From: Squalus acanthias
Taxonomy: Eukaryota
Assembly: GCA_030390025.1 (NCBI GenBank)
Contig: CM059432.1
Span: forward strand, 76,882,001-76,946,000
DNA length: 64,000 bases
Direction: 5' to 3'
Notes under the pieces: model-generated
What the model was told of the DNA's origin: nothing
Seen by the model: only the letters and a program-made list of their open reading frames with translations
Databases searched by the model: none
In this document: in pieces, positions 1 through 12,663 of the stretch
Layout of the letters: the number at the start of each line of letters is the position of its first letter
Numbering within the stretch: position 1 is the stretch's first letter
Program-made: the position numbers and the translations under genes

Positions 1-652
1 CAGTTCTCAGTGTTCTACAGGATATCCACCAAAATCAAATACCTTTGATCCCCGAGGTACAAAGAGAGGTAGACTACAGAGCTGCCTCTGAAGCTGAGAA
101 TCACTTTGCCCGATTAAAGCGAGTCTACTATCCCATTTGAGAGTTCAATATTTATAACCTTTTCCAGTGGTATTTCCTTTAAGGTTTTCTGCTGATGCAA
201 GCTAATTATCTCTAGTAATTTTTCTGCTGACCTCTGCAATTCTTACTGCCAGCTCAGCCAGACTCATGTCTCATCTCGAGGTGTTCTAAGTTTACCATAT
301 AAAAAACGGTGTGACAGCAGATGTTCCTTACTTGATGTCATCTTTATGAGGGCAGATGTTCCTTACTTTATGTGCTTCTTTAAGAAGTGCAAATTAAAAC
401 ACCTTATCCAGGGTGAACCATTGTTTCGTTCCAAAAAGTTCAGCCTGTCGGAGCCCTTAACCTTCTGTTTCAATAGGGTTATTTATTCAGGGTCAACAAC
501 TACCTTATCTCAATAGCCAGAATGCTTTCATAGCTATTTCATAGTTAAGTTTCGAAATTTCCAAACCCAGTTTGTCATGTTTTAATAAGGCCAGAATTCT
601 TTCATGAGATAGTCTATTTTTCTGAATAGGTTATATGGCTTATTCCTTCAAA
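1..652 (-). mobile_element. LTR (cut by window edge), same family as solo LTR 47806-48915
   Basis: Reverse complement aligns colinearly with 47806-48443 (tgaaggaataagccatataacctattcagaaaaa...gggatcaaaggtatttgattttggtggatatcctg). Confidence 0.85.
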
Positions 653-2700
653 TTTTTTTATTTGTTTATGGGATGTGGGCATCGCTGACAAGGCCAGCAT
701 TTATTGCCCATCCCTAATTGCCCTTGAGAAGGTGATGGTGAGCCGCCTTCTTGAAACGCTGCAGTCCATGTGGTGAATGTACTCCCACAGTGCTGTTAGC
801 TAGGGAGTTCCAGGATTTTGACCCAGTGACGATGAAGGATCGGCGATATACTTCTAAGTCAGGATGGTGTGTGACTTGGAGGGGAACTTGGAGGTGGTGG
901 TGTTCCCATGCGCCTGCTGCCCTTGTCCTTCTAGGTGGAAGAGGTCGCGGGTTTGGGAGGTGCTGCCGAAGAAGCCTTGGCGAGTTACTGCAGTGCATCT
1001 TGTAGATGGTACACACTGCAGCCACGGTATGCCGGTGGTGGAGGGAGTGAATGTTTAAGGTGGTGGATGGGGTGCCAATCAAGCGGGCTGCTTTGTCCTG
1101 GATGGTGTCGAGCTTCTTGAGTGTTGTTGGAGCTGCACTCATCCAGGCAAGTGGAGAGTATTCTATCACATTCCTTACTTGTGCCTTGTAGATGGTGGAA
1201 AGGCTTTGGGGAATCAGGAGGTGAGACACTCACCGCAGAATACCTAGCCTCTGACCTGCTCTTGTTGCCACAGTATGTATGTGGCTGGTCCAGTTAACTT
1301 TCTTGTCAATGGTGACCCCCAGGATGTTGATGATCGGGGATTTGGCGATGATAATACCGTTGAATGTCAAGGGGAGGTGGTTAGACTCTCACTTGTTGGA
1401 GATAGTCATTGCCTGGCACTTCTGTGGCGCGAATGTTAGCTGCCACTTATCAGCCCAAGCCTGAACGTTGTCCAGGTCTTGTTGCATGCGGGCATGGACT
1501 GCTTCATTATCTGAGGAATTGTGAATGGCGCTGAACACTGTGCAATCATCAGCGAACATCACCATTTCTGACCTTATGTTGGAGCGAAGGTCATTAATGA
1601 AGCAGCTGAAGATGTTTGGGCCGAGGACACTGCCCTGAGGAACTCCTGTAGCGATGTCCTGGGGCTGTGATGATTGACCTTCAACCACCACAACCATCTT
1701 CCTTTGTGCTAGGTATGACTCAAGCAAGTGGAACGTTTTCCCCCCGATTCCCATTGACTTCAGTTTTACTAGGGCTCCTTGATGCCACACTTGGTCAAAT
1801 GCAGCCATGATCTTATTGAATGGCGGAGCAGGCTCAAGGGGCCATATGGCCTACACCTGCTCTTATTTCTTATGTTCTTATGTTGATGTCAAGGGCAGTC
1901 ACTCTCACTTCACCTCTGGAATTCAGCTCCTTTGTCCATGTTTGGACCAAGGCTGTAATGAGGTCGGGAGCCGAGTGGTCTTGGCGGAACCCAAACTGGG
2001 CATCCGTGAACAGGTTATTGGTGAGTAAGTGCTGTTTGATAGCACTGTCGATGACACCTTCCATCACTTTCCTGATGATTGAGAGTAGACTGATGGGGCG
2101 GTAATTGGCCGGGTTGGATTTGTCCTGCTTTTTGTGGACAGGACATACCTGGGCAGTTTTCCACATTGTCGGATAGATGCCAGTGTTGTAGCTGTACTTG
2201 AACAGCTTGGCTAGAGGTGCGGCTAGTTCTGGAGCACAAGTCTTCAGCACGACAGCCGAGATGTTGTCAGGGCCCATAGCCTTTGCTGTATCCAGTGCAC
2301 TCAGCCATTTCTTGATATCACGTGGAGTGAATTAAATTGGCTGAAGTCTGGCTTCTGTGATGGTGAGGACCTCAGGAGTAGGCCGATATGGATCATCCAC
2401 TTGGCACTTCTGGCTGAAGATGGTTGTAAATGCTTCAGCCTTGTATTTTGCACTTATGTGCTGGGCTCCACTATCATTGAGGATGGGGATATTCATGGAG
2501 CCTCCTCCTCCCGTTAGTTGTTTAATGGTCCACCACCATTCACGACTGGATGTGGCAGGACTGCAGAGCTTTGAGCTGTTCCATTGATTGTGGGATCGCT
2601 TAGCCCTGTCTGTAGCATGCTGCTTCTGCTTTTTAGCATGCATGTAGTCCTGTGTTGCAGCTTCCCCAGGTTGGCACCTCATTTTTAGGTACGCCTGGTG
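653..2700 (-). mobile_element. 5'-truncated degenerate non-LTR retrotransposon (RTE-X/Jockey-group-like ORF2)
   Basis: ORFs 2332-2682, 1870-2277 (NYRPISLLS, QFGFR), 1389-1808 ([14 protein letters not shown]), 714-1229 (C-terminus); A-rich tail at 653-668. Clade is tentative. Confidence 0.85.
1802..1884 (+). mobile_element. Very short CR1 3' tail inserted in the LINE
   Basis: cagccatgatcttattgaatggcggagcaggctc...(atgttctt)n matches CR1 3' ends at 13860-13940 and 32770-32850. Confidence 0.8.
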
Positions 2701-3100
2701 ATACGGTCAGATGATCATTGATATAGATCCACAACTACTATGCATCAATGTAAAAGTGAGCTTAATACTAGCCATCAGTGAATTGCAGCCAATAGTTGTG
2801 ATCACAGGAGAATTAAACTCACTGCCCTGCCTGTAAATATATCACTGGATCCTGCAGAGATTGAATTATTGACTTGCTATTGCATGATGTTGTATATTAA
2901 GCAGCTAAAGGGAGGCGGAAGGTGCCGGATCCAGCAGATAAGTGCTTTTAAGCGCACTACTTGTGGACCAGGAGGAGCAGGAGTGCTACCCCCTGCCCCT
3001 CAAACAAAGTTTTTGCCACGATCTTCTGACCCCTCCACGACCTTGAGATCTGCCCACAATCTGCCGACCTCCCCCACTATGCCCCTATCTTTCCCTCCCT

Positions 3101-4262
3101 TCCTCTTCTTAGGCAGTTACCCGGAGTCGAGAATGACTTGCTTCCACTCCAATATTGTGGGTTCTAAGGTGACTAATGATTCCTATGTGGGATCTACATA
3201 CTGTTCCAAAGGTGGGGCAGGTAGTGGTTGAAGGGACAAGTGGGTGGAGTGCTTGGTTTGTCAGACGCTCCTTCCGCTGTTTGTACTTGGCCTCCGCGTG
3301 CTCCCGACGAAGAAACTCAAAGTGTTCGGCGCCTTCTCGAATGCTTTTCCTCCAATTTGAGCGGGCTTGGGCCAGGGATTCCCAAGAGTCGATGAGGATG
3401 TTACATTTTTTCAAGGAGGCTTTGAGGACATCCTTGAAGCGTTTTCTCTGCCCTCCTGGAAATCGCTTGCTGTGATGGAGCTCAGAGTAGAGTGCTTGTT
3501 TCGGGAGTCTTGTATCAGGCATGCGGACAATGTGGCCTGTCCATCGGAGCGTGATCAATGCCTCAATGCTGGGGATGTTGGCCTGAGAGAGAACACTGAC
3601 ATTGGTGCGCCTATCCTGCCAATGGATTTGCAGGATTTTGCGGAGGCAGCGTTGGTGATACTTCTCCAGTGCTTTGAGATGCCTGCTGTACATGGTCCAT
3701 GTCTCTGAAGCATACAGGAGGGCGGGTATCACTGCTGCTCTGTAGACCATTAGCTTGGTGCTGGGTTTGAGGTCTTGGTCTTCAAACACTCTTTTCCTCA
3801 GGCGGCCAAAGGATGCACTGGCACACTGAAGGCGGTGTTGGATTTCGTCATCGATGTCCGCCCTCGCTGACAAAAGGCTCCCAAGGTATGGAAAGTGGTC
3901 CCCACTGTCCAAGTTCTTGTAATGGATTTTGATAGTTGGGGGGCAGTGTTGTGAGGCGGGGGCAGGTTGATAAAGGACCTTTGTCTTTCGGATGTTTAAT
4001 GTAAGGCCCAGTCTCTCGTACGCTTCAGTGAAGGAGTCAACGAGGGTTTGGAGTTCGGCCTCCGAGTGTGCACAAACACAAGCATGGTCTGCATACTGTA
4101 ATTCAATAACAGAGGTTGGGACAATCTTGGTTCTGGACTGAAAGCGACGGAGATTGAACAATTTCCCGTTCATCCTGTAGATTAGCTCCACTCCAGCGGG
4201 AAGCTTGTTAGAGGTGAGATGAAGTATTGCAGTGAGAAAGATTGAGAAGAGCGTTGGTGCAA
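3101..4262 (-). mobile_element. 5'-truncated RTE (BovB-like) LINE
   Basis: 360-aa ORF 3109-4191 (ELQYADH, FPYLGS, LLYASETW, LRWTGH, C-terminal CxxC..HxxxH); truncated at RT motif VIAPTLFS; short (aag)n tail. Confidence 0.9.
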
Positions 4263-5089
4263 TGACCCCTCCACGTCCTTCAGATCTGCCCGCAATCTGC
4301 CGACCTCCCCCACTATGCCCCTATCATTCCCTCCCTCCCTCCCTCCTTCCTCACTGTCGTGCTCCAAGCTGTACCTTTTAACAGTACTTTCCATTCCATT
4401 GCCTGGTTGATTCATTGACTAACTATACCAGTTCAGAACTGTATAAAACATTGGCCGGTAAATTCCTTGGAGCTGCTCTTGGTCCTCCGTGTTACTTCAC
4501 CAGAAATGGGGTTTCCGCCATGTTTCTGGTGAAGTAACGCTGGCAGAGCGGGAGAATCTCAGAGGAATTTCCCAGCCATTGGAATGCAAACAGTTAACCA
4601 AATTCTGGACCATTCCATCGTATAGGAGCATAGTTTGAGGAAGAGCTAAATTGCGCCTTATCAGCTAAGCAATCTTGTCAACAACTGGATAGTTGGAGGA
4701 AAATCTGCGTTGGACTCCAGAGACTGTTACATTGTTGACAATTTTCTTGTCCTATCTTTGAAGCGATTCCATTGGGACTGCAGGAAGAAAATAACAGTGA
4801 TGATTGTAAAAGACAGATAGAATAAACTGACAGTGCTTTGGTTACTGCCTATACCCACTATCAGAACTGTCACCCTAGGCCACAGAACCACAAGCTGACA
4901 AGCTGTCATATTCAGACTCAACATAATCAAAACGCATCTTGTCATCATCATGATTTCTGCTCTCTGTGCAGAACAATGCATTTTTTCCAGGTTGTCTTAG
5001 TGTCTGTCTTCATTAATACTTATCCTGCAATGTCTAAAGATTTTCTTCAACATATCATCTGGAATTTCAGCAAAATAATTGTAAGCAGT

Positions 5090-5713
5090 GGGGTGATTTT
5101 CAGGTCCCTCCCATGCCATTGGTTATCCGCCCATTCCGATCTTCGGGGAGACCTCAATCTAGGCAGCCAGAGTTCCCAGAAATAGGCAGGAGCCTCATGA
5201 ATATATGTTAATCAGGGTCAGATGAGGCAGTCACAACCCCTAACATCACTTTCATCTGTGCCTGCCAGATTGCCGCCAATTTCTGCTCCCACCAACTGAA
5301 CAAGGGCAGTAAAATTTGAGAGGTGTCCATTTTTAGCGTTCATTAAAGGGATCCTCAGCTGCAGTCGGGGAAGGCAGGAAGCAGGTCTGGGACTCATATT
5401 TACTGCAGTTAAAGGCTTCCTTATTTAAAAATCCTTGCTGCTGTAGGTGCTACAACAATTTTGCCTGCTATTATAAATTGGTGCTTCCTTTCACTCCCGA
5501 TGCTTCCACCAATCCCCCTTAAGATGCTGCTGCAGACTAGTCAAAATTGGCTGCTCTGCTAGATTTCATGCCCTCCAGATCGGTGAGCTGCCTGCACAGA
5601 GCAGGCTTCATACTGACATTTTACTGAATTAATGTAAATGTAAACCACAAAAATGGCTCAGACCCCACGCCGATTCAGCCCCCTCGATCTATGCTGGAAT
5701 CAAAAATGGCCCC
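5090..5713. mobile_element. Probable degenerate Harbinger-type MITE
   Basis: Imperfect TIRs ggggtgatttt / aaaatggcccc; no clean TSD. Confidence 0.45.
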
Positions 5714-5911
5714 AAGTGTGCTTCTTTTAAATTGGGATACCCGCTTCTTCAATGCCCTCATACCATACCATCGCGGGAGGCCTGAGGAGCATAAATACAG
5801 CGCAGGTGCAGAGAGAGCGGCAGATAACCAAAACAACCACACAGAGAAAAACTGAAGAAGTGATGTACAACCAGCGAGGAGGGTGGAGCCTGAGGCATTA
5901 CAGTTAAGTAT

Positions 5912-6402
5912 TTATGATGGCCTACCTCCTAGGGTTCTAAAAGAGGTGGCTGCAGAGATAGTGGATTCATTGGTAGTGATCTTCCAGAATTCCCGAGATT
6001 CTGGAATGGTCCGAGTGGATTGGAAGGTAGGAGATATAACCCCGCTATTCAAGAAAGGAGAGAGAAAAAATAGAGAACTACAGGCCTGACATCATTCGTC
6101 ATACATGCTGAAATCCATTATTAAGGAAGTGGTAACAGGGCACTTAGAAAATCATAATATGATTAGGCAGAGTCAACATGGTTTTATGAAAGGGAAATCA
6201 GGTTTAACAAATCTATTGGAGGTTTTTGAGGATGTAACTAGCAGGGTAGATAAAGGAGAACCAGTGGTTGTAGTATTTTTGAATTTTCAAAAGGCATTCG
6301 ATAAGGTGCCACATGAAAGGATGTTACACAAGCTAAGGGCTCATGTGGTTGGGGGTAATATATTAGCATGGATAGAGGATTGATTAAAGGACTGAAAACA
6401 GA
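5912..6402 (+). mobile_element. CR1 LINE RT fragment
   Basis: ORFs 5883-6089, 6105-6383 (SQHGFMKGKS, FQKAFDKVPH). Confidence 0.85.
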
Positions 6403-8186
6403 GGACTAGAAATTGGGCTACTGACCGTCACCCGTTTGCGCTGCTATCCTGGCAAAAAATAGCGACCTCCACTCTAGCGGCCTTCTCTGGCGTGGACTCA
6501 GTGGCTGCCATTTTGGTGAGGGCCTTAGCACTGCCGATAGCAGTGCTGGCCCTGGAGATATAAATGAAGAGAACATGATGTTAGTTGGCGTGCAACATCC
6601 CCTTATAAATAAAAATGATGTCAAAATATGCAGTTTTCAGCCCTTACAGTTCAACTACATTCTGAAAAGAAATTAACATTAAAAAGAATTCCCAAATGGG
6701 AGTCTTCAGCTCATAAAGCTGAATTCCCTTCTGCACCTAAAAAAATGGGAAAAGTGCTTTAGCACTAAAACAAATGGCTCAGTAAGCCAGGGAAGGGGCA
6801 CCCAGGGTCTCGCATGCAGCACTCCAGTTTTGTGCAGGGGGTCAACACTGTATGAGAGGTCCTCTACCCACAGAGGCCAGGAGGCTCTCTAGAAAGAAGG
6901 ATGTGGGGCCAGATCATCAAGGCTGTCACTGCCAGCAGTGTCACCCCCACCATCTGGCTCCAGCGCCCAAAGAAGCTTCATGACCTCAGACCATTGGTTC
7001 AGGTCAGTGAATGCATCTTCAAAGGCCGTCTCCAACCAACTGTACCACTAGGTGCATACATTTCTAAATGCACAACTCCCCGCCCCCACAATCACTCATC
7101 TACCAACAATCTGTACCAAACATAAGGCCCACCTCCCATTTCTAGCTTCACCTCACCCCCTTGGAGGAGATGGTGCTGGCCATTCTTGGCAGGGGCATGG
7201 CTGAGCCCTTGGCCAGCAGCGGGGCTGAAAGGATACAAGATGCTGCTATCCTCATACATTATCCTCCTTCTGGCATGCACCTCTTGCTTTCCCGCCCTCC
7301 CCTTACCACAACTCCACCATTGTGCGTTCCTCATTTCACACACTCAAGAAATGCAACCTGCCCAACCAGTGGGTGACCAAGAAGAGGGAGAGAAGAGAAG
7401 AAGAAGAAGAAGAAGAAGATGATAAGGTGTGGGACAAATGTTGAAAGCAGGCGGATGATTCCATCCCAGATATCCCGGCTAGAAAGGGGTTGTCTGGGTT
7501 GCATCTTTCCTTCTGCTTTCTCCTCCTCTGCATCTTCCTCTTCTGCGTCTTCCCCTTCCCTTGCGAGTGGATGCTGTAAATCTGAAATAAAAGCAGAAAG
7601 TGCTGGAAATACTCAACAGGTCAGGCAGCATCTCAACCTGAGACATGAACTCTGTTTCTCTCTCCACGGATGCTGCCTGACTTGCTGAGTTTATCCAGCA
7701 TTTTCTGTCTTCTCAGAGGCCTTCCTTTACCATCTGAGGCCTTGCAAGCATCCAGCAGCACTCCCTGCACACTTAAAAAACTTTTAACATGTTTTGCACC
7801 AAGCCGCTACTTCAATAAAATAAAAAAAAATCCATTCCAAAAGCTTAAATGCAAACTTACCTGAAAGATGTGTGTGTCCCTTTAAGAAGTACTGACAGCG
7901 CCTCTGTCCGTCTGCTGAACACTCGCTTTTCAATGCAAGCTCAGGACCCAGCAGCACTAAGGTAAAAGTTCGCAGACGTGACATCAAGTCCGCGTGTGAC
8001 GTCACCCTTTCTTAATTTACATCTCCAGGGCCAGCGCAGCTATCGGCAGCACTAAGGCCCTCACCAAGATGCCGGCCGCCGAGACCCGAGCCACAGAACC
8101 ACAGAAGGGCGCTAGAGTGGTGGCCGCCATTTGTAGACCGGATCACGGCGCAAACGGATGGTGGTAACTGGGCCAATTTCAAGGCC
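6403..8186 (+). mobile_element. Non-autonomous PIF/Harbinger derivative with decayed Myb/SANT exons
   Basis: TIRs ggactagaaattggg / gccaatttcaaggcc with longer subterminal inverted similarity; interior homologous to 11750-15251 (EEMVLAILG exon, acidic transposase tail on minus strand). Confidence 0.75.
7567..7710. mobile_element. Tiny fold-back Penelope pLTR insertion
   Basis: Two oppositely oriented pieces of the pLTR end (cagaaagtgctggaaatactcaacaggtcaggcagcatc / gatgctgcctgacttgctgagtttatccagcattttctg). Confidence 0.7.
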
Positions 8187-9363
8187 TTTGTCTTTAATAA
8201 TCCTGGCTTCCTCTTAGTGCCCTCTCTATCTCCTTACCTTTCCTTATATTTTCTATGTCCCTCATCGATTTCCTCACACAACATAATGCAATGGCCAGGA
8301 TCCCTAATGCTATCATCTGGGCTATCACCAGTCTCATCTGGAACAATTTAGCCCAAGGTGTAGCTCCACACTAGTGGCTTCTTCCCACCATTCATGATTC
8401 CCAAGTCTCGTGATTGCCTGTTTTATTTGTTTATTATCTTGCAACATATGCACAGTATGTTTTTGCAAAGTTCTTGTTCTGTAGATTATGGATTTAAAGC
8501 AGAGGGATAGAGGGGGTATATACTGTCCATTGTGTGAGATTGCTTGAATCATCTCATTCTCCAAAACCTCCTCACTTGATGTGGGTCATATAATGATGGT
8601 GTACCGGCACCAATGTTTTATCACCGATTTGTGTTTTTCCCAGCTTGAACCACACAGAATCAGTGTATGGGCCATCTTGTTAATCTAACAGTCATAAAAG
8701 CAGCTGTGGTGGTCACACAGTATCTTCCCTTGCCTTTGTAGGCTATATTAGTCCGTCCGTCTTCCCGGAGTCTTAGACTCATCTTACAATTGGGTGATTC
8801 CTCATCAATTATGAACCCGTAGGCTGGAGTGGTATGTTTTCGTACCACATCACACCTACAAACTCAAGTGGTGCCTTTTAGAGTGCAGCACTCTATGTCC
8901 TGTGCTATCCAAGTGCCGCCGTATTCTTTGTATTGTTTATACATCAGGCCTATTCCAGAGTCTTTACTCACTTCGATAGACTTTACTGGGTACACTTCCC
9001 AAGGTGGACTCCCATGCTTTGCTAACAAGATTAGTGCCAGTACCACCGGTATGAGTTCCTCATCCCCGCCCTCATTTTGGAGGGCCAAAAATGCCATTCC
9101 CATCTGGCGCATCATATTATAGTCTATACCTGTGGTTCCTTTGAACCATTTTCTCAGTTATTGTACATGAATAAACAAAGGTATTTAATTACCCTCTATG
9201 TTGTCCAGTCCCTTCTGTACCACATTCATCATAAATGTCGCATAGAGGCTACGCACGACACCTCTAGTAAGATCTTGATTCTGGTTAGCCTCATTGTTTG
9301 CCAATAATCTTTTAAATTGCCTCTTCATTACCTCATCGTGTTCCCACATACTTTCTATAACTA

Positions 9364-10810
9364 CTACAATAGCAAAATACTGCGGATGCTGGAAATCTGA
9401 AATAACAACAGAAAATGCTGGAAATACTCAGCAGGCCAGGCAGCATCCGTGGAGAGAGAAACAGAGTTAACGTTTCAGGTCTGGGACCCTTCATCAGAAC
9501 TGGAAAAAGCTGGAGATGTAACAGATATTAAGCAGGTGCAAAGACAGGGTGGGCGGGGGGGGGGGGGCGGTTTGGTCCATCTCCGACTCTTCCCTTCCCT
9601 TCCTTGACTTCTCCGTCTCCATTTCTGGTGATTGGCTTTCAACAAACATCCACTACAAGCCCACTGACTCCCACAGCTACCTGGACTACACTTCCTCCCA
9701 CCCCGCTTCCTGTAAGGACTCTATTCCATTCTCCCAGTTTCTCTGTCTCCGCCGCGTCTGTTCTGACGATGCCACCTTCCATACCAGTGCTTCCGACATG
9801 GCTTCCTTTTTCCTCAACCGAGGATTCCCCTCTACTGTGGTTGACACGGCCCTTGACCATGTCCGTTCCATTTCCCGCACTTCTGCTCTCACCCCTTCCC
9901 CTCCCTCCCAGAACCACGATAGGGTTCCCCTAGTCCTCACCTTTCACCCCACCAGCCTCCACATTCAACGGATCATCCTCCGCCATTTCCGCCACCTCCA
10001 ACGTGATCCCAGCACCAAACACATCTTCCCCTCACCTCCCCTTTCAGCTTTCCGAAGGGACCGCTCCCACCGCGACATCCTGGTCCACTCCTCAATCACC
10101 CCTAACAGCCCTTCTCCTTTGCCTGGCACCTTCCCATGCAAGCGCAGGAGATGCAACACATACCCTTTTACCTCCTCCCTTCCTACTGTCCAGGGCCCAA
10201 ACACCCCTTCCAGGTGAAACAGTGATTTACTTGTACTTCTTGCAATTTAATATACTGTATTCGCTGCTCACGATGTGGTCTCCTCTACATTGGGGAGACC
10301 GTTTTGCGGAACACCTCCGTTAAGTCCGGAAGGGTGACGCTGAGCTTCTGGTCGCCTGTCACTTTAATTCTCCACTTCACTCCCACTCTGATCTCTCTGT
10401 CCTCGGCCTATTACATTGTTCCAATGAAGCTCTGCGTAAGCTCGTTGAACAGCACCTCATCTTTCGATTAGGTACTTTACAGCCTTCCGGACTCAACATC
10501 GAGTTCAACAATTTCAGACAATAATCCCTGCCCCCATTTTTCATGCTGTATGATTTTGCCATTCCCATTTGCAACATTTTATCTATCCTGCCTCTTACAT
10601 AAGCACAGTATATTCTTTCAATTCCTTCCTCCCCTCCTAACCTCCCCCCACCACCCCCACCGTCTTTGCACCTGCTTAATATCTGTTACATCTCCAGCTT
10701 TTTCCAGTTCTGATGAAGGGTCCCAGACCTGAAACGTTAACTCTGTTTCTCTCTCCACGGATGCTGCCTGGCCTGCTGAGTATTTCCAGCATTTTCTGTT
10801 GTTATTTTAT
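9364..10810 (+). mobile_element. Penelope-like element, 5'-truncated, with inverted pLTR
   Basis: ORF 9549-10217 (LPFLD, YKPTDSHSYL), GIY-YIG remnant YCIRCSRCGLLYIGET; 9399-9545 is the reverse complement of 10662-10807; 12-bp duplication tttctataacta at 9352-9363 and 10811-10822. Confidence 0.92.
10702..10748 (+). ncRNA. Minimal type I hammerhead ribozyme motif in Penelope pLTR (mirror copy on minus strand ~9460-9505)
   Basis: agtt-CTGATGA(10710-10716)-stem II ggtc/gacc-GAAA(10731-10734)-CGTT-aact; agtt/aact forms stem I. Confidence 0.7.
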
Positions 10811-12010
10811 TTTCTATAACTATTCTGTTTACTCCTGCCACACGTGACATCTGATCCAAGCCATTCTCGGGCTTTCAGGTGATCTTATCAAAAGATCGTG
10901 GGCTGTCTGGAGATCTTGCTCATCTCCCCCTGCATGGTCCTGATCTTACGGTTAGTGGCCAAGCTATCAAATGCATTTTTCTTATTGTTCAGTATAGGCA
11001 ATGCCACAAACATCTCCAAAAGAAAGCTTATCAGTTTACTATTCTTAACTATACTTCCATGACTTTCACAAGAATGTACATTAATACCAGATTGTACCAG
11101 GTGATTTATGCCAATTCACCTAAGAAAAATGATATTAGATAAATTCGCATTTGGTGGTGTAATTTCTTCAGAGTATAACGCAGTTTACAAGCAGAGTTTT
11201 GTCAGCAGTTCTGAGTGTAGGCATGCACTCAAAAAGGTTTATCTCTTTTTTCTCTTAACTTACCACAAAAGCTTCTTTTTTATACACTATTTCCTTTATC
11301 AAACTGGAAGTGGCCTTACTTTATTTAGTAGTCTCCGGTCAATGCATTGTCCTTCAGCCAATTTTTACACACACAAGTTTACATTTCTCGTACATCAACA
11401 TCCCCTTGCGTTGGTTTCAATAGTGTATGGTGGGATATTTGTAGTGTGGCAATACTATAAACATCCCAAGGCCTTACTGCAATCTTGAACACTGGCTGAT
11501 GTTAAGTGAAATCTGTACGTCTCTCTCTCTCTCTCTCTTTTTCTCTCACCAATGATGCCAATCACCTTTTTTGCTCTATATTGAATGAACTAAACCTGAA
11601 CACCTTTCAGAAGCCAAATTAACTGAGTTCCATATGCCAACACCTTGTACACAAAACACAGAAAGTTAACATGTAGGTACAGCAAGCAATTAGGAAGGAA
11701 AACAGTACATTGCCCTTTATTGCAAGGGGGTTGAAGTACAAGAGTAAGGGGCATAGAAATTGGTTTCCCTCCAAAAACAGGCACGGGGATCACGATACGC
11801 TAACAACTTGCGCCCGTTCCGAGGACTGCAGGCAGCACGCGAACTTTGTGCTGCCTGCTCATTTTCATGATTGTGGTATCAGCCCAGTGCTAAACACGCT
11901 GCTAAGTGGCTGAACGCTCAACAGAGGCCCAGGTTCATGCGAGTCTAGCACCAATTAAAGCTAGCCTGCACCTGTTAAAGTGGAGGTGCATTCTGCCTGC
12001 AGCAGAATAG

Positions 12011-12229
12011 GGTGCACCAAGGTTCTCCAATGCAGCACTGGAGGCCTTGGTGCAAGAAGTCAATTTGAGGAGAGAGGTCCTCTTTCCACTGGGTGCCAGG
12101 AGGCCCTCCAGGCAACAGACAAAAGTGCAATGGGAGCAAATAGCCAATGTGGTGAATGCCAGCAGTGTTGCCCCGAGGGCATGGACGCAGTACAGGAAGA
12201 AGTTTAATGACCTCACACAAGTGGTCAAG
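12011..12229 (+). pseudogene. Myb/SANT-like DNA-binding domain exon of Harbinger ORF2 (NAIF1/MSANTD-like)
   Basis: APRFSNAALEALVQEVNLRREVLFP...WEQIANVVNA...RAWTQYRKKFNDLTQVVK followed by donor gtcagt. Confidence 0.8.
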
Positions 12230-12663
12230 GTCAGTGAATTAATCTTCAAATGCCTCACACACTGTTCAATGCACCACACCCCCATCACTCATCTACCAAC
12301 AATCTCTACCAAACACCTCACATTCATAGTTTCACCTCACCCTCAAACACTTACCACTGCCCCAAGCCTGACACCTACATCTCACAGCTGGCACACACTG
12401 GAAGCTATTCAACCATGACAGACACATCACCCAAACACATTCCACCACACTCAATGACACAACTCCCTCACACTCAATGACACAATTCCCTTTCTCTTTC
12501 AGGAAAAGGAGGTGCAGAACGGGTGTCAGCAGAACATAACCAGCGGGGGACAGGCTCACCTGCATCATCTCACTCTATTGGAGGAGATGGTGCTGGCCAT
12601 TCTTGCAGAGGCATAGCTAAGTCCTTGGCTAGCGCTGGGGCTGAAAGAGATCCTCATACGTTA

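Larger units (their letters stand above)
8194..10978 (-). pseudogene. env: Decayed endogenous viral class I fusion glycoprotein (env; lokiretrovirus/paramyxovirus-F-like), interrupted by Penelope at 9364-10822
   Basis: Translation across stops/frameshifts: heptad-rich segment, SLYATFMMNVVQKGLDNIEGN*IPLFI, Cys-rich DIECCTLKGTT*VCRCD...NCKMSL...IAYKGKGRYCVTT, second heptad segment, HEWWEE, TM LVIAQMIALGILAIALCCV, basic tail ending GSQDY* at 8194. Confidence 0.7.

Noticed and set aside
4727..5085. Possible 90-nt plus exon (4991-5080) or minus-strand F-box/pogo-like peptide YFAEIPDDMLKKIFRHC
   Set aside because: Too short and the readings conflict; cannot be supported without a search.
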